From Vicugna vicugna (lineage: Eukaryota): 53,686 nucleotides of DNA. Numbering within the stretch: the first letter of the stretch is position 1; each line of letters begins with the position of its first letter. Positions 24,732 through 36,559 of the stretch are shown here, one piece after another. The stretch spans positions 675,597-729,282 of the forward strand of contig MU057984.1 in the NCBI GenBank assembly GCA_013265495.1. Reading direction: 5' to 3'. The notes beneath the pieces were generated by a model. That model was not told the DNA's origin, ran no database searches, and was given only the letters and a program-made list of their open reading frames with translations. Position numbers and translations under genes: made by a program.

Positions 24732-25484
24732 AGTGTGAAGGCTCTATGTGAAATTTACTTTGATGTAAACATACAGGTGAACTCTTTATATATACAATCT
24801 TTTTATAAATATTCTCTGTTACTTTATTTCTCTACAATAATACGTTGCTCATAAATTGTAGAAATCTGAATTGAAACAGACCTCACAGGATATTGCTACA
24901 AGGCAGCTACTTAAAAATGATTTCAGAGAAATTTTGCATTAAAAAAAAAATGTGTGTGTGGGGGGGGGGGTAAACCAACTGTAAATAATAAGGAAGCCAT
25001 TCTGTTGGAAAGCCCAGGTATCATAAGACACATAAATGAAGTCTGAGTGCTTTATTAACATTGTCAGAACTCTATGAATGAATTTAAGGAGCAGAGTTGT
25101 ACATATACAGATTTTAAAATTATTTTCTAATTTAGTAGCAAAAATAAAAATACCAGTTTTCTCACTTTTATTTTTAACTAAGTTAAAATGTGTGGGAATC
25201 TCTATAGTTATAATGTATTTCACTTTATTTGGGCCTCTGAGTTATAACTCTCTTTGGGCTGTCACATCCAGTCCACAGTTAGAATGATCTAAAATATTCT
25301 GTATACTTACTGTATTTTGAATCCTCTGCTCTTTACTTTGGCTTAATGCAATGATTTATTAAGCTGTTCCTTTGAGGAACATCAAATTCATTGGGGCTCA
25401 CTCCTTTGCTTTTCTGTAAAATTTCTGCAGATTTATGTTAACTCAGATGTGTTTATTTTATTGTGTAACCAAAATTTTAAATCA

Positions 25485-26440
25485 AAACAATTTGAGTATA
25501 TTTCCTTGAGTTTTAAGAATTCTTTGTATATTTTTAATAAGTCTTTTATCAGATAAGTCTTTTGCAAATATTTTCTCCCAGTCTGTGGCTTATCTTCTAA
25601 TTTTCTTGACAGCGTTTTTTCAGACAGCAGAAGTTTTTAGTTTTAATCAAGTCCAACTTATCATTTATTTCTTTCATGTATCAATCATTGGCTGTTGGAT
25701 CTAAATTTTATTGCCATACCTAAGATCATCTCAGCTTCCTCTTATATTATCATCTAGGGGTTTTATAGTTTTTTGTTTTACATTTATCCATTTTGCATAA
25801 ATTTTTGTGAAGGGTATAATGTCATGCCTAGATTAATTTTTTTGTGTGGATGTCCAGTTTTCCCAGAACCATTTGTTGAAAAGACTACCCCTGCTCCATT
25901 GTATAGCCTATGCTTCTTTGTTAAAGATAAACTGACTATATTATATGTGCCTATGTCTGGGCTTTCTATTCTGTTCCTTTGATCTATTTGACTGTTCTTT
26001 CATAAAATACCATACTGTCTTGATTACTGTACCTACACAGTAATTTCTTAAAGTCAGGTTGTGTCAGTGCTCTAATTTGGTTCTTTACTTTCAATATTTT
26101 GTTGGCTATTCTGGATCTTTTGTCTCTCCATATAAACTTTAGAATCAGTTTGTCGATAACTGCAAAATAGTTTGCTGGGATTTTTACTGGGAATGCATTG
26201 CGGCTAAAGATCAAGTTAGGAAGAACTGACATGATGACAATATTGAGTCTTTCTATCCATGAACATGGAGAATCTCTCCACTTATTTAGTTCTTTGATCT
26301 CTCATCAGAGTTTTGTAGTTTTCCTCATACAAATTTTGTACTTTTTTGTTAGATATATACCTAAGTATTTCATTTTGGGGGGTGCTATTGTAAATGACAC
26401 TGGATTTTTAATTTCAAATTCCACTTGTTCATTGCTAGTT
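25485..26440 (-). mobile_element. Old L1 ORF2 fragment, antisense
   Basis: ORF 25984-26232 (MSVLPNLI...IDKLILKFIW...RIANKILK) is ORF2 C-terminal homology. Confidence 0.9.
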
Positions 26441-26651
26441 CATGCTTTCTTTAAGAGCAAAAAAATTCATGGAAATGTTTTGACTCACCATAGAAGGTAT
26501 GGATACACAAAATGCATGCAGAAAAAAGCATAAAAAGAAATAAACATTTATGTAGGTTCTACTACACAGTATATGCTAATCACTGGGGGGTGTTAAAGGT
26601 AAATAGATATTCTCACTTTGCCCTTAAAGATTTATTTGTCTAATTTTGTCT

Positions 26652-27137
26652 CTGTCACTTAGGATTTCTCAGCCATAAAAGCAGAACTCATGATCACAAG
26701 TGGTTTAAAAATAAAGAAATTCAGTAATCTGTATTACATGAAAGCAGGTGGTAGAAGTAATCAGATGGGTAGTTATTCAATTTATCATAAAAAGTATAAG
26801 GGATTCATTTTTGCTCAGCTATTCCCAGCCTGCTGGCTTAAAATATGTGCATTAATAAATACAAAAAAATCTAGCAAAGTTCTTAAATAAACCTTCATTC
26901 AGCTATTCCTAGTAGAAGACAAATAGTATCTTTCCTTGTGCTTCTCTTTTTCCAGAAGGCAAACCTTTCCCAGTAGCCACACAGGAGAGTTCCCCTTGCA
27001 TCTCATTATCCAGGATTGTATACCATGTCTGTAGAAAAAAGTCTTTGACAAAAGGAATGGTACACCCACAAAAAGTGGATTAGTTAAGAAGAAAGGAGAA
27101 ACGGCTGTTAAGGAGGCAATCAACAAAGTCCTCTCCA
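26652..27137 (-). mobile_element. Degenerate MLT1-like (MaLR) LTR
   Basis: AAGTGGTTTAAAAATAAAGAAATT..., AAACCTTTCCCAG...TCCCCTTGCATCTCATT..., GGCAATCAACA motifs. Confidence 0.5.
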
Positions 27138-27214
27138 GGATTATAGTATATCAATGGGGACTGCTAGTTAAGTCAGTGTCTAGTGTGAAAGGTGGTGATA
27201 TCATGAAATCATAG

Positions 27215-27395
27215 CATACTAAATCTACCATGAAGCTCATGACCATCTGATCATCTCCCTTTTTCTAGCTACTGATAAGGAAGCTGAGACCTAGAGAATC
27301 CAAATAAGTACCATCCAACCAGGGTCACAGTACTGTGTAATATGACTTACACCTAGTTTACCAAATTTTGACTCCATCATCCTTTCTATTATGAC
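27215..27395 (-). mobile_element. MIR relic
   Basis: GATAAGGAAGCTGAGACCTAGAGA...AGGGTCACAG. Confidence 0.6.
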
Positions 27396-29149
27396 AGGTT
27401 TTTTTCTTTTGCCTCCTTTATTGGTTTAATTATCTTTCTTTCACTAGTCTAGTAGTAAAACATTATCTTCAGAAGAAAAAGAAATCAATGAACAACTGAA
27501 GTTCTTTTTGAATAAATAGAGACAGATTCTTTTACATTTTGAAAGATATTTCACATGTGAATCCTGTTTAGGAGAAACTTGGTTTAACATTTTTTAAATG
27601 GAGTGACAAAAATGTAATTTCCTTTGCTTTTTTCATTGAAATGTATCATTAAGAAAGTTATGAGTGTTTTCTCATTTTAGAGTTTTATCTGGTTACTCAC
27701 TGTATTGTCTTAATTATCAAGTGTATTTTGCCTTTGAGAAAGACATGTTTTTTCATTTACTAAATTACTGCCTGCTCATACTGTTACATATCTTTTCAAA
27801 GATTAGTTTTTGAAATAAATTTTTATAGTTATCTATTTTAAGTCATGTATACAAAACAAGGTTCAGAAGAATTTTATTAACCCCAGACTTGAAACCAAAG
27901 TGTTCTGCTACTAGTTTTCCCCATTTCCCCAGCAAACACATTTCCTATCACCCTGAACAGCCCTCTTTGGATCAAACCTATATGCTGGTTCATCATGCAG
28001 GGACAAGCAGGGACATATTTTTCATTTTGAAATTTACATTCTTAGGCTACAATAATGAACTTCATAATCACATTCTTTGATTTTGTTCATCTCTGAAATC
28101 ATTTCCCTATGTCTGTTGTCTAATATTGTCTCTATTGAAAAAATGTGGGACCACAAAATACTGACCAGAAACTTCGTGGTCCTGGTGTATTTCTTAGTTT
28201 TCCTCAAATCAAAAGGAATTTTCTACTTTGCTTAGGCAGGCCAGCTACCTTATTTTTTATCTTATCTTATCTTATTTCTAGCAATCTCTTCCCCAGGCAC
28301 TTTTACTGGTAAACAGTTCTGCCTAATGGGGAGGAGGGCGGGGAGAAAGGAAAAGAAGAAAAGTGAAATCACAAACTCTTCCTTTCTTCTCTAGGAGAGA
28401 AGTTTATGAGAAAGTGTGAACTAATGGATTATCGGAGAGAATAGTGTTATTCTCCAGTAACTGCTACCAAATATCACCATCAAGTGCATTCCTCTCATAT
28501 GGCACTTCAAGTCTCCTCTAACATTTTACCATTTGCATTCCCAGGCCAGGCCTAGATCATTTTCAGTTGCTAACTTGACTATGTGCTTTTAAGTCATAGC
28601 AAATCTTCATTTCATGAAGTGCAGAGAGAGGACAGCTCACTCAGTGTCCATGCTTGTCTTTTAAGCCTCACCTCTCAGCAACCTCAGTGCTCCTTTGCTA
28701 TGAATAATCCTCTTCCTTAGCTCCACCCTCTTCTAGGAGATGTTAGGCACTACATAAACTGATAGAACCCTTCCTTTTTCTATCTTGGTTATATTTTGGG
28801 CTTTAGCTTACATTTTGGCTATATTTCTTGGCCCTGTTGTTTGTTATTCCTCTACACTTTGGGATTTTATCTCAAATTTATCCCTACCCTATCTTTAACT
28901 TTTTAAAATATAATTATCATTTCTGCCTTATTTCAATGTGTCTTTCCTCAGAAAAGTACTTTCCCCAACCATTTCTGTTTGATTTACCTGGATTGTTGCT
29001 CATTAGTTATTACTTGTTCACACACCTAGTCCCTCACTCGGGCACCCAGCCCTCCACAATGAGTCCCTGACACTCCTTTGTTTTCTCACCCACTACTCGT
29101 CCCCTCTTACCTTATGCATGATTCAAGCTGGACTTTCCCTTCTTTCCCA

Positions 29150-29500
29150 AGCAAACTTTGTGCTTACCTATATCCTGCCTTAAAGTGTCTTACACAGCTT
29201 ACACAGTTTTATATCCCTTTTTATGTTATGTTACACAGCTTTTCCTTTCTGTTAGAATTCATCATTTTCCTTGCCCCAAACATAACCTATTCAAAATCCT
29301 AGCATTCTGCAAGGTTCAATTCAAATGCAATCTCTTCCAATGGGCTTTTCCTTGCAAATTTCTTGCCATCCTTTCTTCAATGCACAGTAGTTTGTGTACT
29401 TGCCATTTGTATTTTATTCCTTTATATGATTCTGTAAGATAGTGACAGTCTTGGTCACTCTAGCTGTTTCTAGAATCTAGTATTCTTCTGAGTTCTGCCT
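29150..29500 (+). mobile_element. L2 relic
   Basis: TCCTAGCATTCTGCAAGGTTCAATTCAAATGCAATCTCTTCCA resembles the L2 3' region. Confidence 0.5.
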
Positions 29501-32038
29501 AGCTATTATAGAGTCTTTGAGGTTGTGAGGTCACTTGTCTACTTAGAATACAACTAATTTATCTTTTAGTAATTCTAATTAATCTCTTAACACAAAGGGC
29601 AGTATCTTCTGATTTATTTCAATCTGCAGTTTGATGTTTCTACAGGTCAGTGCTAGTGAAAGTAACTTTAAAAGAAATAGTGCAATGATTGCACTACATG
29701 TTTTAACTCATTTTATACATTTTAACTAATCTGTACATCCTCTAAATTTATATTTCTCTTTTATAAAAATGGGCCACTGACATTTGTAATCTAAATCCAA
29801 TCTCAATGCTCATGCTTTCGGTTTACGTGTGTGAATTGCTACTAATGTTTCTCTCCAAGAATGTGACATTCTTTCCTTGTATGCTATGTGACAGTGTGCT
29901 GAGACAGGAATGGGTACCTCTGCGACCAAAATACTTGTGAGTTAAATAAGCACCTAAGTTGGGTTTTAGACATTTCCTTCATGAGCTCAAATTAACAATT
30001 ATTAATATGATACAGTTTTATTAAAATTGAATGATTTAGCAAATATGCTTCTTCTAAACCCAGAATTTGTAAGAGGGAAGGAAACATTTACACTTATTTA
30101 TAATAACCACTAACAATGAATCACAGTCCTTTGTTATTCATGAAATTAATGGAGTTTGGTGACATGGGAAATGAGAATTAAGTACTCATGAAGGTCCAGT
30201 CCCTCCAGGCTTCTTGAGATCTATTTTGTGTCTGAAAAGATTGACACTTTTAAGGGGAATCTAGTGATCCAAGTGTGTTCAGCTTTTCTTTAGCTATTTA
30301 TACATTAAATGGATTTTTTTTTCAAATGAGGATATAGAAAGGGATGTGATAACAATACTCCTGACCAGGGTCACCTAATTCCCACTAAAGGAACATGCTG
30401 GAACTACTAAAAGTGTAATTATATATTTATCTACTCGGAGAAGAAATTGAAAATAAAATTTCTGAGCCTGGTATATGGATAACATTTCTATATAATTATG
30501 TCAGTGCTTGCAAGTGTTGTATTTGGTGGAAAAATATTTTGTCAGGGTACACTGAACTCATTTCTTTTCCTAATTATTTGTTACATATTAGCACTTAAGA
30601 AATGTTTTCTAGCATACAATTTTAAATTATTTATATTTCTCTAAGACCATTTCTTCTACTAGTCTTTATAAAATCTTCAACCAGATTTTTTTCTTAGCAC
30701 ATTATGGGATGATATCATCTTATTTTGTATAATAAGTATTTTACCACTTTGATCTGATTCATGTTAATTTCTTTTCTTCAGGCTGTTCTATGTGTTCTTG
30801 GTCATTTTTTATTAGGATAAAATAATTTTCCTCTTATGTAGAAAGGTTATTCATATTGGTCTTTCCAAAATATGTTTCAGCGAACTTTAAGTTGTAATTA
30901 AAATTGTCTTGAGGGGGAAAAAAAAAACTGTGTAGGCTGAGACAGGGTATGAGTAATGCTTGATAAGAATTCAGTTATAAATTAGAAGAAGACCAAATTC
31001 TTGTCTAGGCTCAGATTAGAGAAAGAAAAGCATCTCCCTTCCCATTTTCTGCTAAGAAATACTGAGATGTGTTCTCCCGTACTTGATTTTCTTTTTTTGT
31101 TTTTGTCAGAAGAGATATAAAGCTTCGAAGAAAATTTCTTCAGCAGTATTTACTAAGATAATTTCCTAACTGCAATGACATTCAAGGACTGAGGATGCTA
31201 ACAGGCTTAGAGTTGTAATTACACTGCAGCGACTTTTGACTTCAAGTTTCAGAAGCACAAGAATTTATGCTAGCTAATATTTAAACATAAATTTTAATTA
31301 TGATGTAAAAATCAAATTAAAGCATATTTGACTGGAAACATACTTTCTTAATTTTAGCCCTTTACTAGAAATAATGTATAGACCTAAAGAACATAGATAC
31401 AATTAAACAGACAATAATCTTCACAAATGTAAGATTCTTTTAAGGAAGAAAAGAATAAATGCAATAGAAAACATGAATTACTTTGTTACTAAATTTGTTA
31501 TCAAATTTCACTTTAGAAAATCACTAATATGGAACTGTTGAGACTCTGGGACAGTTTACCCCTGTGATCCAATACCATGAGATGGCAATGCCTAAGACAC
31601 AAAATATCACTCTTACTAACACTTTCAAATCCCTTAAATAGATAAAAAGAAATCTCAAGAAATAGCTATTATAATTGATGGAACAGTTTGAGGACAGATG
31701 AGCACAACACCTTTTTTCACACACACAATGAGACAGAGTGGCTTCCCTAAGGTCTTAGGAATGGTTATGGACTATCAAACAGCAGTAGTTCATATTGCGT
31801 CTAGTATGATTTCCAAAGCTTCTTCAAAATAGAAATTTGCAACCTAAATAACATTGCAGATAAATCGCTGAGGTTCAAAATTATCCAGTCTCTTAATGAA
31901 CAACAGACAAAAAATAATTAATTAATTGAAAGGGAAAAAACCTGCTAGGGTAGACTTGTCCCATTTTCACTGATACGTACAAGTAGGTGAGCAGACTAAG
32001 AGGCCCAAATCCTCAAAAAAACAAAGGTAGAAATTTTA

Positions 32039-32121
32039 TTTTATTTTCCCCTTACGGGAGGCACTGGGGACCTTGCGCATGCCAAGGATGTGCTCTACCA
32101 CTGAGCTATAAATAACCCCCC
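32039..32121 (-). mobile_element. tRNA-derived SINE (camelid Vic-1-like) with B-box deletion
   Basis: Minus strand reads GGGGG...TATAGCTCAGTGGTAGAGCACATCCTTGGCATGCGCAAGGTCCCCAGTGCCTCC plus an A-rich tail. A box present. Flanked by AAATTTTA repeats (32031-32038 and 32125-32132). Confidence 0.85.
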
Positions 32122-33041
32122 AAAAAATTTTAGTAACACACTTTTTTTGGTAGTTGCCATAGTTCCTGTGAAACTGTAAGTAGTTAATTTCCTTTTTCTA
32201 CACATGCTGGCTACATTGTCTATGTTTCACTCTTAGGATATATTCAGTTAATGTTTGCTGAATGAATCAACCAATTAATCGAAGTACTAGGTCACATTCC
32301 CTGATTCAAAATGTAGAGCCCTACCTCTGCCTCCATTGAAGAAACTGAAAGTGCTATAGCTGCTCATCTAACTTGAAGAGTTCCCACGTGAAACTTTCAC
32401 TCTGAATGTCATAATGGACATCTCACCTCCAAGCCCTAAACCCTTCGTCTTAGAGGTGGAAGTGTGCACAAAAGGATGATAAATTATGCTTTCAGCATTG
32501 CACTACATACACCCCTGTTACCCTGCTCAGTTGAAGAACATAGGCCATCTTAAAGGGTTCTGCATTCAACCTGCAAATGGCTGTATCTTGAGCCAACTTT
32601 CTACTCCAGGCAGTAACTGGTGTCAGTGTAGGCCAGCAATCAGAGCCACACAATACCTGTTCTCTAGTGTGCCACATGCTCAGAAACCATGGAAAGAGGT
32701 CTGAGCTAAAGACAACATCTAGACTGACTCAGAACACATGTCATCCACACCCAGTCTTTTATCTGTTGAGTTACTGTGGTAATTAGCACTCATATATTCC
32801 CTCCTCTTATTTCCAAGTAGAAAAACAAGACATATCTGAAGCCACAACTGACTTACACTACTCGTGGGACTCCTGGCCTGTCTTATCTGTCATCACTCAC
32901 CAGTATAAACTATTATATAGCTCAACCCCAGGGGAGGAGTACCACTGTCCACAAGGGAAGAAATACTCATCTCTAGGAGGCAAAAAAACCTCCCAACAAC
33001 AGCTGAAACATCCATGGGCAGATAAATGGATACAGAATGTG

Positions 33042-33471
33042 TGTCACCAGCAAAGCCCACTGGGGTCCCTGAGAAAAGTAAGATGAAATCTAGGTTAAGG
33101 TCTAACCTCTTCTTCCATGCTTAGTCTAGTTTTCCTTGCCTATATAGGGCTATGTGCAGAGGTCTTGCTTCTAATGTCAGATTAGAGTTCTCAGTGCAGA
33201 ACTTTGTACCCAATACACCAACTGGCATGCCATGTACGGAAGTACTGTACACAACACCTCAATTCAAGATGGCAATAGATACGATGTGTAGAGATACTGC
33301 ACCCAGCATTTCAATCTGAAGCGCATCTAAACTTGAAGGAGTCTGCCCTTCCTTCTGTAGAGGAGAACCCTATACAGCAGCCCTGCCGATGGCCTTTTGG
33401 GTCATCCTATTGGCATGAGTGACACTGGGCACAAGGATCCTTATTGGGGCCGACTCAAAGGGTCGGTAACA
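33042..33471 (+). repeat. 5' LTR of the ERV (decayed, R region deleted)
   Basis: TGTCACC...GGTAACA. Shares blocks GCAAAGCCCA, GTCTAACC, GTCTAGTTT, CAAGATGGC, CCCTATA.AGCAGCCC and GACAC...AAGGA.CC with 36560-37071. Confidence 0.88.
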
Positions 33472-33476
33472 AATTT

Positions 33477-33494
33477 TGGCAACCAACATGGGAT
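33477..33494 (+). other. Degenerate primer-binding site (tRNA-Arg or tRNA-Lys type)
   Basis: TGGCAACCAACATGGGAT 5 nt after the LTR end. By eye 14/18 to an Arg-type PBS (TGGCGACCCAGATGGGAC) and 13/18 to Lys-CUU (TGGCGCCCAACGTGGGGC), both recalled from memory. Confidence 0.7.
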
Positions 33495-34867
33495 ATACTG
33501 AGGCCTTTCACCGATAGCTATCCACAAGGCTCTAGGTGTGCTTTCGTTTGAGCAGGAGGAAGGCCGAGGCTTTGGGAGGTTTGCTTGAGGATGACTGACT
33601 TTGATCTTGAGTACACTCTGACCAGGTAAAGCAGCAGCAATCTTTGGCTGAATTCAGAGCAACTCTGTCCAACAACCCAATATCCAGTTGTGGTGTGCAC
33701 ACAGTGTAGCCCCAGATTAATCTGGACTATGCCTCTTTGAAGGGATCATACTGTGGCATTTGGGGGATCGGAGAATGAAACTCACATGTGTCTGCCCACT
33801 GCCTCTGACTGGCCTTCCTGGGGTACCAGATACCTGGGGACAATGAGGCACTAAGGACTTAAAGACCTGTTAATGAGAGGGAGCCACAGCAATCTTGCTT
33901 GCTGACTCTCCAGTAGTGTTGTCCTCCTGACTCCTGTACAAGGCTACAGCAGCCACACAAGGGCTTTTTGCCCTCTTCACTGACCTCTAGGCATCAACAG
34001 TAGGATTCCCCATAGTCACTATCAGTTTGGTAGAGGAAAGTGGCCAGCCTTGTGAGCCAAGAGGTGAGCCCAGGGAAAGCCCCAGGTAATAAGGACCACC
34101 TGACAAAATAGGATGACGATGCTTGATCTGTTAAGGAGGCACTGAGGATGCCTGAATCTGAAAGGGTCCCAAGGTAGGTACACGACTGGTGACCTGTTCT
34201 CTTCCATTCAGGACTAGTTTCTCTGAAGTGGAATTGGCAGATGTGAGACCCACTGGAAAGACCAGGAACCCCATTATCAGGAAGCCTTGTGAACTGCTGG
34301 CAAGAACAGGAAACACACTGCTTGACCTCTCCTCTCCCCCTGCTTGTGAGGTGAAACTTGGGTGATTCTTCATTGACTGAGGTTCCATGGGTGCTCCTCC
34401 TAGTATCAGCACAGAATGCCAGCTGCCACAGTGATCTGGTGAGTACCTCGTGCTTTTAGAGCTCACCCAGCGGGAAGTTCAAAAACTCCTCCTTTTGGCC
34501 AAAAGGGGGAAAAAGGAGACCCCTGTCTCAGACAGCTGTGCCACTCCCTAATGGACCAAATTGGTCAGAAACTAACATGGCTAAGCTACTCTGGCTTAGA
34601 GGCAGTTCTGTTCAACCTCTTGTGGGATATTCTGACTGAGGAAGGACTAGTTCAAGCACAGGCCTTTATGAATTCAAAGAAAACCCCCAACTGTATCAGA
34701 GCCAACATCTCTTTTGCTCTCTTGAGAAATTCATTAACAATTTGGTGCTGGTTCTAAACTTCCCGAACCAGAAATCCTTTTTGGATCAAATCTTGAGGCA
34801 TACCAACAAATCACTCCAACTGCACCCTTGGTATTTGGAAACAACTCCAAAACAGAATATCTAAACT

Positions 34868-35822
34868 ATGGAAAACGAAACATCCAACATAACGGTAGCC
34901 TATTAGGGTGCATCCTGCAGAACTGGAAGTTTTTCGGGTATCACACTTAACCCAGAAACTTTAATTTCCCGATGTAATATGGCCTGGCTCCAATACTGGC
35001 TGAGAGATTGGGCAAGTTGACCTGTCAATGGGTCTATGAATTATCTGCCAAGGTCCAATAACCGGACAGGAAGAGTACTCCTTTTGACGCAGGTCCTCAA
35101 TGGAGGAGGAGGACCTATCCAGGTATACACCACATTTACCACCTCTGATATGTGTAACTGGAAAAGTCACAGTAAGGGGTTGAAGATTCAGAGGGGTTCC
35201 TGAATCTGATGAGAGGAATCTTTCAGACCCGTGACCCCACCTGGCTGACATCCAGAGCCTCCTCAATCTGCTCCTGACAGAGGAAGAAAGGCCACAATCT
35301 TTTCAAAAGTTCTAGAGGAAGCAAAGAGAACAGAAACAATGCAGGTCATGCTATTTTCAGAACGGGGAGCCAAATGGTCACAGATAACAAATCCAACCAA
35401 AAACACTGAGACCGTGGAGAAGAGGGTGGAAGACAGAGGCTGATCCATTACAAAAATATGATCCTCGACGAAATCCACACTGCAGGACAGAAATCCGGGA
35501 ATTGGAACATGGTAAAGGAAATCAATCAGGAGCCAACAGAAAACACGTCAGCATCCCTAAAGCCTCAGGGAATGCCCCTGAATGTATACTACCACTATCC
35601 CTGAGTCATTGGAAGGGGATGCAATCCTGAGGCTGTATTTCATTTCCCAAAGTGCCCCCGACATTAGGCGTAAACTTCAGAAACTGGAAATAGACTCAGA
35701 CACCCCCACCTCTAGCCTGGTTGAGGTTGCCTACCAGGTATTCAGTAACTTAGATATAGAGGAAGAAAAGTCAGAGGATAAAAAGGCCTGGAGGCAAGCC
35801 CACCTACTGGCTCTTGCCGTCC
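34868..35822 (+). pseudogene. gag: ERV gag remnant (matrix + capsid), frameshifted, nucleocapsid missing
   Basis: MA-like LLGCILQNWK...CNMAWLQY...PVNGSMNY; CA-like DPTW/DIQSLLNLLLTEEE; MHR-like VKEINQEPTEN; ORF 35582-35875 YFISQSAPDIRRKLQKLE, the class I gag QSAPDI motif. Confidence 0.9.
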
Positions 35823-36416
35823 AATGTCAACTGGTCGGCACGAGAATCTGGACTCACCGCCCACGGAGACTCTAGATTCCGCTGCAGGGGATTACCCAGG
35901 GGTACACCACAAGTGAGTAACAACCCAAGACAATGCGCCGCCTCTGACTACTCTTGGGAGCCTCTCTCCAACCTAAACTCCTTTTCCGAAAAATGGTAAA
36001 AGATAAGTAACCCGATATGCTTTGCCAGTAGAGACTCTAGGATCTTTGAGCTGACCGGGGAGGGGGTCGGCGCGCTGGCCCATATATCCTGTTGCTTCCA
36101 CGTCAGTGCAAGTGGCCTGACTGGAGAAAGTGCAGGCAGGCTACCAGAAAAAGCCACTTGGCAAACAGAAGGCAGCCAGCCTAATCTGGCCGAACAAACG
36201 TGGAGGCGGGTAACACAAGCCCTTCGCAGCGTCACTTGGTTTCTGCCTTTCCTGTGCCCCTTAATAGCTGTTGTTCTCTTGCTGATATTTCCACCGTGTA
36301 TCTTAAACTGTCTGGTGTCCTTTGTCTCTAAAGCGTTAGAACCCATAAAACTTCAAATGGGGATCGTTCCGCGACACGAACAGTCAGGGCCAAGGCCTAG
36401 CGACAATCAAACATAA
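35814..36416 (+). pseudogene. env: ERV env remnant (SU C-terminus + TM subunit)
   Basis: LPSNVNWS (SU-end-like); GALAHISCCF, a CX6CC motif with the first Cys changed to Gly; membrane anchor WFLPFLCPLIAVVLLLIFPPCILNCLVSFVS followed by IKLQM; stop at 36414-36416. Confidence 0.9.
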
Positions 36417-36542
36417 GTAAAGGCAGCTGGGAGAAGTTCGGCTCCTCTACACGGGGTTATGTCGACGCCCAATCTCGGCAGGAAATGGTTAAAGAAGACG
36501 GACCTTCACCGCTCAGCGCCCCTCAAGAATCAGGAGCAGGAC

Positions 36543-36558
36543 AAAAGCAGAGGAGGGG
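36543..36558 (+). other. Polypurine tract
   Basis: AAAAGCAGAGGAGGGG immediately before the 3' LTR. Confidence 0.8.
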
Positions 36559-36559
36559 C

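Noticed and set aside
35814..36416. Syncytin-like captured env gene
   Set aside because: No signal peptide or ATG, most of SU is absent, no clear furin site, scrambled ISD, broken CX6CC and an in-frame stop.
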